NCBI GenBank assembly: GCA_021803465.1
Contig: JAJZLL010000008.1
Coordinates: forward strand, 8,035 to 72,034
From: a bacterium
GTDB taxonomy: Bacteria; Chloroflexota; Dormibacteria; Aeolococcales; Aeolococcaceae
Direction of reading: 5' to 3'
Length of the DNA stretch: 64,000 nucleotides
A model generated the notes under the pieces. The model was not told where the DNA came from. It saw only the letters and a program-made list of their open reading frames with translations, and made no database searches. Below are positions 10,357 through 20,466 of the stretch, piece after piece; positions within the stretch are counted from its first letter, which is position 1; each line of letters begins with the position of its first letter. A program made the translations under genes and the position numbers.

Positions 10357-10407
10357 CATGGCAGGAAGTCGTGCGCAAGCGAGCAGTCCTGCAGCGAGGA
10401 CGCATGC

Positions 10408-10965
10408 ATGAAGCCGCGTGGACCGTCCATTCTTGCCTCGTGCCTCACAGGATGCCTTGGGGGAGTCATCCTCATAGTCGTACTCGTCGTCTTCAGCATG
10501 CAGGCAGTCGGCATCTTCAAGAATTCTGCGACGTACACTGCACCTGGCAGCTGGTCCATCAATATCCATGATTCGGGACTCGTCACCATCTTTGCGGATC
10601 AGGGGAGTTCCAGCCCCGTGCATGCTGCGAACATCACTGTGGAGTCGCCTTCGGGCTCGACTGTGACTGTCGATTCGTTTGCGCAGAATGTCACTTCCAC
10701 TGTCACTCTTGGCTCCACCACGTACACGGGTGTCGCGTCATTCACTGCTGCGAAAACAGGGGTGTACCGCATGCACGTGGTGGGCGCATCAGGGAAGATG
10801 CTTGTTTTGCCCGGAGTCGGGAAGAAGCTTGTCGGAAGTGCCCTCCTGAGCCTTGTGGGGATTGTCATTGGGGGGCTTCTGGGCCTTGTCGGTGTTGTGA
10901 TGCTCATCGTTGGCATCACCAGGCGCAGGCAGGGACCACCAGTGTCATCTGTGCCGATGCAATAA
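10408..10965 (+). CDS. hypothetical membrane protein (N- and C-terminal TM helices, Ser/Thr/Val-rich middle domain)
   Basis: 185-aa ORF; TM helix at each end; convergent to the EccC-containing operon. Confidence 0.4.
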   Translation: MKPRGPSILASCLTGCLGGVILIVVLVVFSMQAVGIFKNSATYTAPGSWSINIHDSGLVTIFADQGSSSPVHAANITVESPSGSTVTVDSFAQNVTSTVTLGSTTYTGVASFTAAKTGVYRMHVVGASGKMLVLPGVGKKLVGSALLSLVGIVIGGLLGLVGVVMLIVGITRRRQGPPVSSVPMQ

Positions 10966-11023
10966 CCTGCGAGCCAACGACAGGCACTCCTGTGCAGAGT
11001 GTTACCACTGAACTTCTTGGGAC

Positions 11024-11980
11024 TCAGGCGCTTGGTGACGGTGTGGATGAGGAAAGTGCTGAGATGGCATCCTTGGCAAGTGCTGCAAGGGCATACTGCT
11101 CGGATTCCGATGTCGTGATGACAATGCGCACTTCGGTTCCCTTCAGGGAAATGACTGCCCGGGAGACTGTGACTCCATTCGATGTGGTGACATAGCCGTA
11201 CGCGACAGCTGGAGGAACAGTGAGCGGAAAGGGTGAGGGAGCTGCAGCCTTCTCCAGTGTGAATGCGCTCGGTGTCGCAGCGGAAACCGTGACTATGACA
11301 GACATTGTGTCGTCGTAGTTGCTGAAAGCGCATTCGTTCGGCAGTGGTGCTGTCGTGCCAGTGACGTACCAGCCTGTTGCCTGTTGGATCTCGCTCGCGC
11401 TGATGAGGGTGCAGGGAGTGGGGAGGGGCGATGCAGCAGCAGTTGGTTGGGCAGTGGGAGGAGCAGCATCAGCAAGCGCAGCAAGAGACTTCTCAAGCAA
11501 GCTCTCGAGCACTGGTGGGGAAAGGGTGATGCCTGCAGAGCCAATGGAGATGCAGTGTGGTCCACTGCACCCCTCGATTGCACTTCCTCCAGGATGTGGC
11601 AGGAGGACTGCACTGGGAGATGGCACAACAGTCCCGGACTGGTATCCGAGCGCGATGTCCTGGAGCAGCCCGTGCACCTGGGAGGAAGGAATGCCGGAAA
11701 GAGTGATGTGGAACGGGCGTGATGGCGATCCCCCTGTGAAGACGCAGTAGCCGTCATTCACTGCAGGACCAGCAGCACTTCCTGTGGAGAAGTGCACAGT
11801 CGTTGAGAGTTCCTGGGAGATTGCAGCTGCTGGGAGATGGGGACAGCTGCCAGTCCTGGCAGTTGTCTTTGCCGGGATGACGGGCAGGACAGCACACGAC
11901 GCAAGGACTAGGGCAAGACCCATGGCAGGCAGGAGTCGTGCCAGCCGGAGCGTGGAAGCTGCAGCTGTGGTCATGGCCAC
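11024..11980 (-). CDS. lipoprotein (signal peptide plus lipobox LASC), Ala/Pro/Ser/Thr-rich
   Basis: N-terminus 'LLPAMGLALVLASCAV' is a lipobox; last gene of the minus-strand eccC operon; start overlaps the upstream gene by 10 nt. Confidence 0.55.
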   Translation of the reverse strand: MAMTTAAASTLRLARLLPAMGLALVLASCAVLPVIPAKTTARTGSCPHLPAAAISQELSTTVHFSTGSAAGPAVNDGYCVFTGGSPSRPFHITLSGIPSSQVHGLLQDIALGYQSGTVVPSPSAVLLPHPGGSAIEGCSGPHCISIGSAGITLSPPVLESLLEKSLAALADAAPPTAQPTAAASPLPTPCTLISASEIQQATGWYVTGTTAPLPNECAFSNYDDTMSVIVTVSAATPSAFTLEKAAAPSPFPLTVPPAVAYGYVTTSNGVTVSRAVISLKGTEVRIVITTSESEQYALAALAKDAISALSSSTPSPSA

Positions 11981-13014
11981 TGCCCCACTGATGAGGCGAC
12001 ACGCGCATCGACAATGGTTGCAAGATGCTCGTCAATGACCAGTGTGAGGGAAACCTTCCTCTGTGGAGGAGCAACGGATTCTCCGTTTGGAAGGTGACGT
12101 ATGGACTGATCATTGATCTGCACTGTCGCGACCACGGGGTCATTGGGCCGGCTTGCATTGCGCGACAGCGAGACATCCACTGTGCCTCCAAACTGGGGCG
12201 TGAACCACTCATTGCGCTGCCGGGAGGGAGCGAGGAGGCCGCTGAAGTATTGAACAACCTGCGGTGCGCAGTACTTGAGATCCGGACTCTCTCCGGCCAT
12301 GAGCCTTCCCAGGTCGAAGATGACATTCTCAACAAGTTCATTGAGGGAGGAGGACTTCGGAGGAGGTGCAGGCGCGTAACCTGGAAGCTGTGGTGAAGGG
12401 GGCTGTGCCAGCTGTCGGGGTGCTTCATGCGCGTTCTTCTGGAGGGGAGACTGTGGCTGCTGTGAGGTGAGTTCTGGATCTCGGGCACTGTGGTCAAAGA
12501 GGTGCCGTGGAAGGCTGAAGAACGCGGCAGTGCCAATGATGGCGAGCGCAAGGAGCGTGCCGGGAATGAACGCTCCTGTGAGTCGGATGATGACTGCATC
12601 CAGCACTGCTGCCCAGAAGCCGATGAAGACAGCAAGCCAGAGGGGAAGTCTGCGATTCGAGGGCGTCACCTGGGAAGCGAGTACTGCATCCACATTGAGT
12701 TCGGGCACTGTGGCTGCGACTGGAGGTGGGGTGTGGGGAAGGGGAAGCGGTGGTGGTGGGGGCACTGGGGAGTTGGTGTCCCGGAGATACAGAAGGGAAC
12801 CATCGAGCACGCCACATTGGGCAAGGGACTGCGTGTAGGGAAGCGGTGGGCGTCCTGGCACGCCTATGACCCACCGTGCGAGGTTCCGTTGCTGTGCGTT
12901 GGGAATGCACCGGTCCACGATGGCGGGAATGAGTTCCTGCAGGGGAATGTTGTCAGTGAGTGCGAGATCCTCGCGCTTGGTCTCACTCAGGATCGTGACT
13001 AGTACTAGGGCCAT
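11971..13014 (-). CDS. YukD/EsaB-like ubiquitin-fold domain membrane protein (type VII secretion-associated candidate)
   Basis: N-terminal about 85 aa resembles the YukD/EccD N-terminal ubiquitin-like domain (VLVTILSE...DNIPLQELIPAIV...WVIGVPGRPPLPYTQSLAQCGVLDGSLLYL), then a poly-Pro linker, two TM helices and a soluble C-terminal domain; immediately downstream of the EccC-like ATPase. Confidence 0.55.
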   Translation of the reverse strand: MALVLVTILSETKREDLALTDNIPLQELIPAIVDRCIPNAQQRNLARWVIGVPGRPPLPYTQSLAQCGVLDGSLLYLRDTNSPVPPPPPLPLPHTPPPVAATVPELNVDAVLASQVTPSNRRLPLWLAVFIGFWAAVLDAVIIRLTGAFIPGTLLALAIIGTAAFFSLPRHLFDHSARDPELTSQQPQSPLQKNAHEAPRQLAQPPSPQLPGYAPAPPPKSSSLNELVENVIFDLGRLMAGESPDLKYCAPQVVQYFSGLLAPSRQRNEWFTPQFGGTVDVSLSRNASRPNDPVVATVQINDQSIRHLPNGESVAPPQRKVSLTLVIDEHLATIVDARVASSVGQWP

Positions 13015-13094
13015 GTGGTGTGTCCGTTGCGCTCCTGTTCACACCTTCGTGGAGGCGTTCTCGTGGGAGCATGCTGCACTCCCATTATCGCGGG

Positions 13095-16000
13095 TTACTG
13101 GCTTGGCGGTACGAAAGCAGACTGCACCAGTGTTGTCCGGTCCCTCCTGCGGACAAGGAACCCCCTGCCTGGAGGAAGGGGCTGTGCCTTCTGCGAGCCG
13201 AGGACTATGCCCTCGTGGGGATCTCCGCTCATGACAAACCCCGAAGTTCCCAGTTCGCGGAGACGCTGGAGGAACTGCTCAAAGGAACTCCGTGAGAGGC
13301 CAGCAACCCTTCGGGCAAGTACGATATGGAGGCCAACATCCCTGCTCTGGGGAAGGAAGTCGAGCAGTGGTGTGAGGGGATTGCCAGTTGGCGTTGCCAC
13401 GAGGTCGTAGTCGTCGACAAGGATGACGTACTCGGGTCCAGACCACCAGGACCGGTGCACAAGCTGCTCCCTGGTGATGGTTGCGGGAGGAAGCCTGTCC
13501 TGGAGGACCTGCCGCACAGATTCGATGCCATCCTTCGCCATGGCTGTGTTTGCCAGATACTGCGCGACAAAGGGGCCATCCGCAATGTCGAGGAGGGAGC
13601 GGCGGTAGTCAACGATGGCAAACTGCACCTCGGCAGGTGTGAGAGTTGCCATTGACTGGGTGAGGAGGAGTCTGAGGAAATTCGACTTTCCAGACTCCGA
13701 ATCGCCGAACACGAGGAGTGACTGCCCCCCTTCAAGGAGATTGAAGGAGATGGGTGCGAGTCGTGATTCCTCAACCCCTATGACAAGGCCCTGCTGCAGA
13801 GATGCGCCTTGTGGGGTTGGGAGTTCTTTGAGGGGAAGCATGGTGGGAAGGAGGCGGACCTGCTGCGCGGGTGCAACGTCTGTCCAGGTCTTCTGCGCCT
13901 GCGCAACGAGTGCATTCCAGCCTTCAGGCGCCTGTTCCTCAGTGGTGTCCGCATCAAGACGCGGGAGGGCAATCTGGCCGATGAGCTTGTTGGGAAGAAG
14001 GGCGCGGCCAGGTGTGGAGAGGGGAAGGCGGGGTGCCACCTTCCGGTCAATCTCCGATTCAGTGGGATCGTTGAGACGGAATTCGAGCCGGTTGGCAATC
14101 GCGTCACGGAGGTTCGACCTGATGTCATTCCACCGTCCAGTTGCGAGAATGACATGGACTCCATAGCCAAGTCCGCCAGTGAGAATGGGAGCAATGATGG
14201 TGTCGATGTCCTCGATCTCCTGGCGGAGTTGGGCCCAGTTGTCGATGACCAGGAACGTCTCCGCAAGGGACTGGGCTGCATCGGGCCGTGCTCGGGCAAG
14301 CTCCCGCACATTCGCTACTCCTGCCTCACGGAAGAGGAGCTCACGCTCCTCAATGAGAAGTTCCACCTCGCGGATGAGGCGAAGCATTGTCTCATGGTCA
14401 AACTTCCCACAGACAGTACCGACATTGGGGAGCGCCTCGCAGGATCTCAGTCCTCCGCCTCCCAGATCTATGCAGGAGAACTGCACTTCCTGCGGGGAAC
14501 GCGTGAGAGCGAAGGAGGAGATGAGTGTGCGCAGAAACGTGGACTTGCCTGTCTGCGGAGCTCCAACGACAGCGAAATGTCCATTTACACCACTGAATTC
14601 GAGAACAAGAGGTTGCTGCATCTGGCGAAGAGGGATGTCGACTATGCCCACGGAGACTGCAAGAGGTGGAAACTGCGCAAGCGCTTCCCGAGGTGGAAGC
14701 ACTGTGACAAGAGGAAGTGCATTCGGGAGTGGAGGGAGCCACACCTGGTGGGGTGGATGGAACAGTCCCTCGCCATGAGTGCGCAGCATGTCGATCGCAG
14801 TCTCCATCTCCGTGCGCTCTGTCGAAATCTGGGCTGCATCTCCACTCTGTGTCCGTGCTGAGCTTGAAGGCGCTGTCTCCGCAAATGGGGCAACTGTCGC
14901 ATGCGCTGAGACTGTCTGCTGCTGGAGGACATCCGCTCCCGTGACAATTGCTGCCTTGAAGGCTGTGTACTGGTTGTCCACCTTGAAATAGCCGTTGCCA
15001 GGTGCTGCTGGGAGGTTGTATGCATCAGGAGTGCCAAGCACTGCCATGCTTTCCTGCGCACTGAAGGTGCGAAGGCAGATCCGATAGCGGAGATGTCCTT
15101 CCAGTCCCCGGAGCCGCCCCTCCTCAAGGCGCTGGGTGGCGAAGAGGAGATTCATGCCTATGCTTCGGCCTATGCGGCCAATGGCAATGAAGAGATCCAG
15201 AAAGTCGGGCCGCTGCGCAAGGAGTTCCGCAAACTCGTCGACGACGATGAACAGGTACGGCATGGGTGGGAGCTCTGGATTCTTTGCGCGGGCTGCATGG
15301 TATTCCTTGATGCCATCGACATTTCCTGCCATGCGGAGGAGCTGCTGGCGTCGCTGCTGCTCCCCGATGAGTGCCTCGTACATCCTGTCAACCCTGCTCG
15401 TGTCGTCCTGGAGGTTTGTGATCATGCCAGCAACATGGGGAAGATTGGCAAGGTCCGCGAACGCTGCACCACCCTTGAAGTCGACAAACACGAATGCCAC
15501 AGTGTCAGGAGAATGCATCACAGCGAGTGATGTGATGAGGGACCTCAGCAGTTCACTCTTGCCGGACCCTGTCGCACCCACGACAAGTCCGTGGGGTCCC
15601 ATGCCTCCAACTGCAGCCTCCTTGAAATCGATGATGAGCGGTTCACCATCACTTCGCACACCGATGGGAACACGGAGCGTGTCCTCAAGGCTCCTGGGTG
15701 CCCATGTGGCATGGGGATCGATTGACGATGGAGCCTCGACGTGGAGGAGGTCGAAAAGGCGGAGCGTGGTGGGAAGGGCCCGCTTCTCCGTTGTGCTCGT
15801 GTCCACACGGAGCGGTGAAAGTGTCCTGCAGATGAGCTCGAACAGCTCCGGGCCTGACGCATCGGGAGTGAACGACCGGTACTTCACTCCAGTGGGACTG
15901 CTTTCCTCGAAGGTTGCCTTTCCACCCTGGAGGATGAGGTGGGCTGCAACATTCGAGGGCTCGCTTGCGACATCATCGACAAGGACAATGAGGGAGACAT

Positions 16001-17054
16001 TGATCTGGCTTCCGCTCCTGAGCAGCTCTTCGACTGCGAGGAGCCTGCCCATTGCGGAGGTGGGAGAATAGTCGTCGATGATGACGACAAGATGCGGTTC
16101 TCCAGCCTCGGCCTTGGGAGGAGCATTGCGGTCGCTCTGCTGGAGACGGCTTGTCCTCGGCTGCATGATCTCGTTGAGCATGCTGGAGAATGTCTGCGGA
16201 TCGTCAGTGATGCGCGGATAGGGGATGGCTGCTCCAGACTCCTGCTGGATGTGGGGGAGCCACTTCATCATTGACCACTCGTGGCGGGACTGGGGGGAGG
16301 TGCCCACCAGAAGGAGGAGATCCGAGGGAGCCTGGAATGTGACAAGCTGCGCAAGCATGCTCCGGATGAGCGCAAGGCGGGCGAAGGATGGTCCAACAAT
16401 GGCAAGCGATCCAAGCTTCTTGAGCGGGACTGTGAGCGGAAGATCTGGAATGGCCTGGAACCGGCTGAGCATGTGCTGCGCAGCTGTGAGCGTCACGGGA
16501 TCGTAGTTGGCAAGGGGATTCGAGCCAAGATCGAACTTCAGGACTCTGCTTGTGTGCTGCTCGCCTGTGCCTATGCGCACTTCCGTGAAGTCCTGGTCCG
16601 TGCTCCGGCGCTCCCAGATGTGGTCGCGCTGGCTGCCAAGGTACCACAGGGTGTCCGTGTCAGGGAACAGCCGCTGGTACCATGACCGCATTGCATCGGT
16701 ATCACTGCACAGCTGCCGTTCCTGCTGGGCCAGGTAGTCGAGGTAGCGCCGTGACTCCTGACTCTTGCGGCTCCGGTTGCTTCGGCTCTGCACCACCCGC
16801 ATTGCAGCTGCGGACACGACACTGATGAGGGAGACGACAAGCATGATGGCCTTGATCGCGAGCGGAACGCTGGGAAATGCGAAGAGGAAGACAAGGGATC
16901 CCAGACTTGTGAAGACGGGAACGACAGACTGCATGATGCCTAGCAGCTTCCCCTGCTGCACGTCCAGCGTGGGCGGAGCAACGATGGGAAGTTCCGCGCG
17001 TGAGGGCGGCTCAGGGAAGAGGCGGGCAGGCCGGTGGTAGGTCGTGGTCGTCAT
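13095..17054 (-). CDS. eccC: FtsK/SpoIIIE-family type VII secretion ATPase, EccC-like (two N-terminal TM helices plus three P-loop ATPase domains)
   Basis: three Walker A sites (VVGATGSGKSELL; AVVGAPQTGKSTFL; LLVFGDSESGKSNFL) and an N-terminal TM pair, the defining EccC/EssC architecture; start chosen at Met-47 of the ORF (MTTTTYHRPARLFPEPP). Confidence 0.85.
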   Translation of the reverse strand: MTTTTYHRPARLFPEPPSRAELPIVAPPTLDVQQGKLLGIMQSVVPVFTSLGSLVFLFAFPSVPLAIKAIMLVVSLISVVSAAAMRVVQSRSNRSRKSQESRRYLDYLAQQERQLCSDTDAMRSWYQRLFPDTDTLWYLGSQRDHIWERRSTDQDFTEVRIGTGEQHTSRVLKFDLGSNPLANYDPVTLTAAQHMLSRFQAIPDLPLTVPLKKLGSLAIVGPSFARLALIRSMLAQLVTFQAPSDLLLLVGTSPQSRHEWSMMKWLPHIQQESGAAIPYPRITDDPQTFSSMLNEIMQPRTSRLQQSDRNAPPKAEAGEPHLVVIIDDYSPTSAMGRLLAVEELLRSGSQINVSLIVLVDDVASEPSNVAAHLILQGGKATFEESSPTGVKYRSFTPDASGPELFELICRTLSPLRVDTSTTEKRALPTTLRLFDLLHVEAPSSIDPHATWAPRSLEDTLRVPIGVRSDGEPLIIDFKEAAVGGMGPHGLVVGATGSGKSELLRSLITSLAVMHSPDTVAFVFVDFKGGAAFADLANLPHVAGMITNLQDDTSRVDRMYEALIGEQQRRQQLLRMAGNVDGIKEYHAARAKNPELPPMPYLFIVVDEFAELLAQRPDFLDLFIAIGRIGRSIGMNLLFATQRLEEGRLRGLEGHLRYRICLRTFSAQESMAVLGTPDAYNLPAAPGNGYFKVDNQYTAFKAAIVTGADVLQQQTVSAHATVAPFAETAPSSSARTQSGDAAQISTERTEMETAIDMLRTHGEGLFHPPHQVWLPPLPNALPLVTVLPPREALAQFPPLAVSVGIVDIPLRQMQQPLVLEFSGVNGHFAVVGAPQTGKSTFLRTLISSFALTRSPQEVQFSCIDLGGGGLRSCEALPNVGTVCGKFDHETMLRLIREVELLIEERELLFREAGVANVRELARARPDAAQSLAETFLVIDNWAQLRQEIEDIDTIIAPILTGGLGYGVHVILATGRWNDIRSNLRDAIANRLEFRLNDPTESEIDRKVAPRLPLSTPGRALLPNKLIGQIALPRLDADTTEEQAPEGWNALVAQAQKTWTDVAPAQQVRLLPTMLPLKELPTPQGASLQQGLVIGVEESRLAPISFNLLEGGQSLLVFGDSESGKSNFLRLLLTQSMATLTPAEVQFAIVDYRRSLLDIADGPFVAQYLANTAMAKDGIESVRQVLQDRLPPATITREQLVHRSWWSGPEYVILVDDYDLVATPTGNPLTPLLDFLPQSRDVGLHIVLARRVAGLSRSSFEQFLQRLRELGTSGFVMSGDPHEGIVLGSQKAQPLPPGRGFLVRRRDRTTLVQSAFVPPSQ

Positions 17055-17142
17055 GTGGGGGCAGCTGTTCCTGCAGATGATGGACAGTCGTGGACATCGT
17101 ACCAACAGCCTCCCCACACGAAGAACTGCTGTAACTGTACTG

Positions 17143-19068
17143 TCAACGGCCTCCAGCAGCCGTGTGAAGCGGATGCTCGTGCCTCTTTCCAAGGTGGGAC
17201 ATCACAGTTTCCGCAACAATCTCTGGAGTGAGCCCGTACTTTTCAAGGAGCAGCTGCTGCGCACCATGCTCGATGAACTGGTCAGGAAGTCCGATCCGCA
17301 CCACGGGAACTGCACATCCCTCATCAAGGAGATGCTCAACCACTGCGCTTCCCATTCCTCCCTCGCGGATCCCATCCTCCACTGTCACCACGAGCGGATG
17401 GGACGCAAGGAGCTGTGTGAGCCCTGGGGCAAGGGGCTTCACATACTGGAGATCGATGACGCTCGCATGGACATCCTTCCGGGCAAGAATCTCGGCCGCC
17501 GCTTCTGCAATGTGAACCATCTTCCCTAGCGCAGCAATTGCGACATCATTTCCCTGCGCATGAACATGGTACGTTCCGGGAGAATGAATCTCCGGAGCAC
17601 GGGTGAGATCCATGGGGGCTGTGCCACGGGGGAAGCGGATGGCGAATGGCCCATCTCCAGCAAGGGCAGTGGCAAGGAGGTCGCCAAGGGCATCGGGAGT
17701 GCTGGGACTTGCTACAGTCATGCCAGGAACCATTCTCAGGTACGCGAGATCAAAGATTCCATGATGGCTTGGACCATCATCCCCAGTGATCCCCGCACGG
17801 TCAAGAACGAACGTGATGGGTGCTTTGTGGAGCGCTGTGTCACAGATGAGCTGGTCGAACGCGCGCTGCAGGAATGACGAATAGATGGCAACGACTGGTC
17901 TATACCCCTGGAGGGCCATGCCAGTGGCAAACGTCACTGCATGCTGCTCAGCAATTCCCACATCGAAGAAGCGGTCAGGATATGCCTTCGCGAACGGCAG
18001 GAGTCCAGTGGAGGACGCCATGGCCGCAGTGATGGCAATGATTCGGTCATCGTGCGCAGCCGCATCGAGGAGGACATTCCCGAACAGGTCTGTCCATGAC
18101 TGCTTCGCAGCAGCGAACGGTGCGCCATTCGCGGGATCGAACCGTGATACGCCATGGAACTTGTCGATCTCATCGTCAACAGCGGGCCCATAGCCATGCC
18201 CCTTCTCTGTGACGATGTGGAGGACAACTGGTCCACGATACTGCATTGCATCGTGGAGCGCACGCTCCAGTTCACGGATGTCATGTCCATCGATCGGTCC
18301 CGCATACTTCAGTCCAAGGGTCTCGAAGAGCGACATCGGAGACACGAGCTGCTTGAGGGAGTCCTTCATGCGCTTCGCAGTCATGTAGGCGGACGGCCCA
18401 ACGACAGGAAGGCCCCGGAGCACTGAGCCTGCAGCATCCTTCGCTGCCTCGTAGCGCGGCGAGAGGCGAAGGTGGCTGAAATGGTCAGCAATTCCGCCAA
18501 TTGTTGGAGCATAGGAACGGCCATTGTCATTGAGGATGATGACCATCTCCGGCTTGAGGTGCCCAATGTTGTTGAGGGCCTCGTAGGACATTCCCCCTGT
18601 CAGGGAACCGTCACCAACAACGCACACTGTCTTGCCCCCATCCCCTGACAGCCGCTTGGCCACAGCCACTGCGCACGCGTAGCTCAGTCCAGTCGATGCA
18701 TGGGAATTCTCCATGAAGTCATGCGGAGACTCATGGCGGGAGGGGTAGCCGGAAAGACCCCCATGCTGCCGGAGCGTTGTGAAGTCATCCTGCCGGCCTG
18801 TGAGGAGCTTGTGGACATAGGCCTGGTGCCCTGTGTCGAAGATCAGTGTGTCAGCGGGACTGTCGAGAACGCGGTGCAGCGCGATAGTGAGCTCCACGAC
18901 ACCAAGATTCGGTCCAAGATGTCCGCCAGTCTTTGCAACCGCATCAACAAGGAAGGAACGGATTTCATTCGCAAGACGGTCACAGTCTGCAGGACTCAGT
19001 TCCTTGAGGTCTGCTGGTGTGTGTATGGAGGGAAGAATCATCGGTGGCTCCACATTCGCTCCGGGCAC
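17143..19068 (-). CDS. dxs: 1-deoxy-D-xylulose-5-phosphate synthase
   Basis: strong DXS match (GGHLGPNLGVVELTIALH, IFDTGHQAYVHKLLTGR, GGLSGYP, VVGDGSLTGGM); true start may be Met-10 at 19041. Confidence 0.95.
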   Translation of the reverse strand: MPGANVEPPMILPSIHTPADLKELSPADCDRLANEIRSFLVDAVAKTGGHLGPNLGVVELTIALHRVLDSPADTLIFDTGHQAYVHKLLTGRQDDFTTLRQHGGLSGYPSRHESPHDFMENSHASTGLSYACAVAVAKRLSGDGGKTVCVVGDGSLTGGMSYEALNNIGHLKPEMVIILNDNGRSYAPTIGGIADHFSHLRLSPRYEAAKDAAGSVLRGLPVVGPSAYMTAKRMKDSLKQLVSPMSLFETLGLKYAGPIDGHDIRELERALHDAMQYRGPVVLHIVTEKGHGYGPAVDDEIDKFHGVSRFDPANGAPFAAAKQSWTDLFGNVLLDAAAHDDRIIAITAAMASSTGLLPFAKAYPDRFFDVGIAEQHAVTFATGMALQGYRPVVAIYSSFLQRAFDQLICDTALHKAPITFVLDRAGITGDDGPSHHGIFDLAYLRMVPGMTVASPSTPDALGDLLATALAGDGPFAIRFPRGTAPMDLTRAPEIHSPGTYHVHAQGNDVAIAALGKMVHIAEAAAEILARKDVHASVIDLQYVKPLAPGLTQLLASHPLVVTVEDGIREGGMGSAVVEHLLDEGCAVPVVRIGLPDQFIEHGAQQLLLEKYGLTPEIVAETVMSHLGKRHEHPLHTAAGGR

Positions 19069-19186
19069 ACGACGCCGTCACGACTGACAAACATGTAAGA
19101 ATAGAACGAACTGCTGGCCGTGATGGTTACGGCGCTGTCATGGTTCGCATATCCACTGACAATATTCAGTATAAGGGTCAACGCAG

Positions 19187-20008
19187 ATGATCGACATGAC
19201 CCCGCGGGAGCGGTTTCTGCTCTGTGCGAACGGCGTCGACGGCGATGTCGCTGACGGTGCACTGTGGCTGTCATGCGATGACTACCCGAATCTTGAGATT
19301 GAGCGGTACCAGGATGTGCTGAACACCTGTGGCGCAGCACTCCGTGAGGAGACTCTTGGCGATACGGACAGCGATGGGGAACCAGCACGGATCATTGCAT
19401 CGATACACCGTGTGCTCCAGCGCTTTCTTCCTCTCCGCGGAAGTGGGGGAGCGGATCCAAAGTCACATTACATCCACTCGGTAATTGACCGGCGCCAGGG
19501 AGTTCCGCTCGCATGCAGCGTCATCTGGATTGGCGTTGCGAGGCGTGCGGGAATTGTGCTTGATGGCATCAGCGTTCCTGGCCACTTTCTTGTGAAGCTT
19601 GGGGATGATGTGTTCGACCCATTCCTGGGAGGCGAGGATGTGGACCAGGTGGCCGTGCTTGACCGTCTTGTGGACAAGTACGGTGTGCACCGGGATATTG
19701 TGGCCTCCCACATATTCCAGCCAGCGAGCGTGAGGGACATGCTTGCCCGGATGACACGGAATCTTCGTGGCTGCTACGCAGTGCGTCAGCAGTGGAAGCT
19801 GGCATTGCGATCTGCGGACAGGTGTGTCGCCCTGCTGCCAGAGGAACCTCGTGAACGCAGGGACAGGGGCATTGTGCGGTGGCAGGCAGGACAGCTCCAG
19901 GAAGCGGTGGAGGATCTTGAGTTCTACTGTGAGCATGCCCGTGGTGCCCAGGACATCCCGAAAGTCGCTTCCATAGCGCAGCACCTGCGCCAGCAGTCCG
20001 GCCAGTGA
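19187..20008 (+). CDS. transglutaminase-like / TPR-like protein (SirB1/UPF0162-like)
   Basis: 273 aa; 'GVPLACSVIWIGVARRAGIVLDGISVPGHFLVKL' core typical of the SirB1/YchA transglutaminase-like family, followed by a helical repeat C-terminus. Confidence 0.55.
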   Translation: MIDMTPRERFLLCANGVDGDVADGALWLSCDDYPNLEIERYQDVLNTCGAALREETLGDTDSDGEPARIIASIHRVLQRFLPLRGSGGADPKSHYIHSVIDRRQGVPLACSVIWIGVARRAGIVLDGISVPGHFLVKLGDDVFDPFLGGEDVDQVAVLDRLVDKYGVHRDIVASHIFQPASVRDMLARMTRNLRGCYAVRQQWKLALRSADRCVALLPEEPRERRDRGIVRWQAGQLQEAVEDLEFYCEHARGAQDIPKVASIAQHLRQQSGQ

Positions 20009-20019
20009 TCTTCTTTGTT

Positions 20020-20442
20020 CTAGACAGTGCCGAGCAAGAGGCTTAGGAGCCACACCACAAGGACAAGAACAAGGAAGAGAAGCGGGACGACAACGAATAC
20101 GACAAGGGAGAAGGTCCGCGTTGCTGCATCCTGCTTCCGCTTCCGGTCAATGGCGTACCAGATGATGCCGCCAGCCATGAAACCGATGAGGAGGGAGAAC
20201 ACGCCGACAAGCGCATCTCCTATCGTGAGGTGCGAAGGTGCTAGGGTGTATCGCCACAGGATTCCGATGCCAAGCGCAAGGATGCCGCATGACAGAAACC
20301 GGAGGGCAATGCCAATGAACGACATGGTGAGCTTCTCGGACACTGCGTCGTCCGCTTCGGTTGAAGGAGTGGCTGTAGGAGTCTTTGACATGGCTGCACG
20401 GGTCCCCTCTCGACAGAGTCGGTACACTGGAATCAGGTCCAT
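20020..20442 (-). CDS. hypothetical small membrane protein
   Basis: 140 aa with 3-4 TM helices; no family recognised. Confidence 0.4.
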   Translation of the reverse strand: MDLIPVYRLCREGTRAAMSKTPTATPSTEADDAVSEKLTMSFIGIALRFLSCGILALGIGILWRYTLAPSHLTIGDALVGVFSLLIGFMAGGIIWYAIDRKRKQDAATRTFSLVVFVVVPLLFLVLVLVVWLLSLLLGTV

Positions 20443-20466
20443 GCACCCTACGAGGAGAATACGACA

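Noticed and set aside
15136-16071. 311-aa plus-strand ORF inside the eccC-like gene
   Set aside because: Antisense to the triple-P-loop ATPase; Ser/Arg/Ala-rich low-complexity translation.
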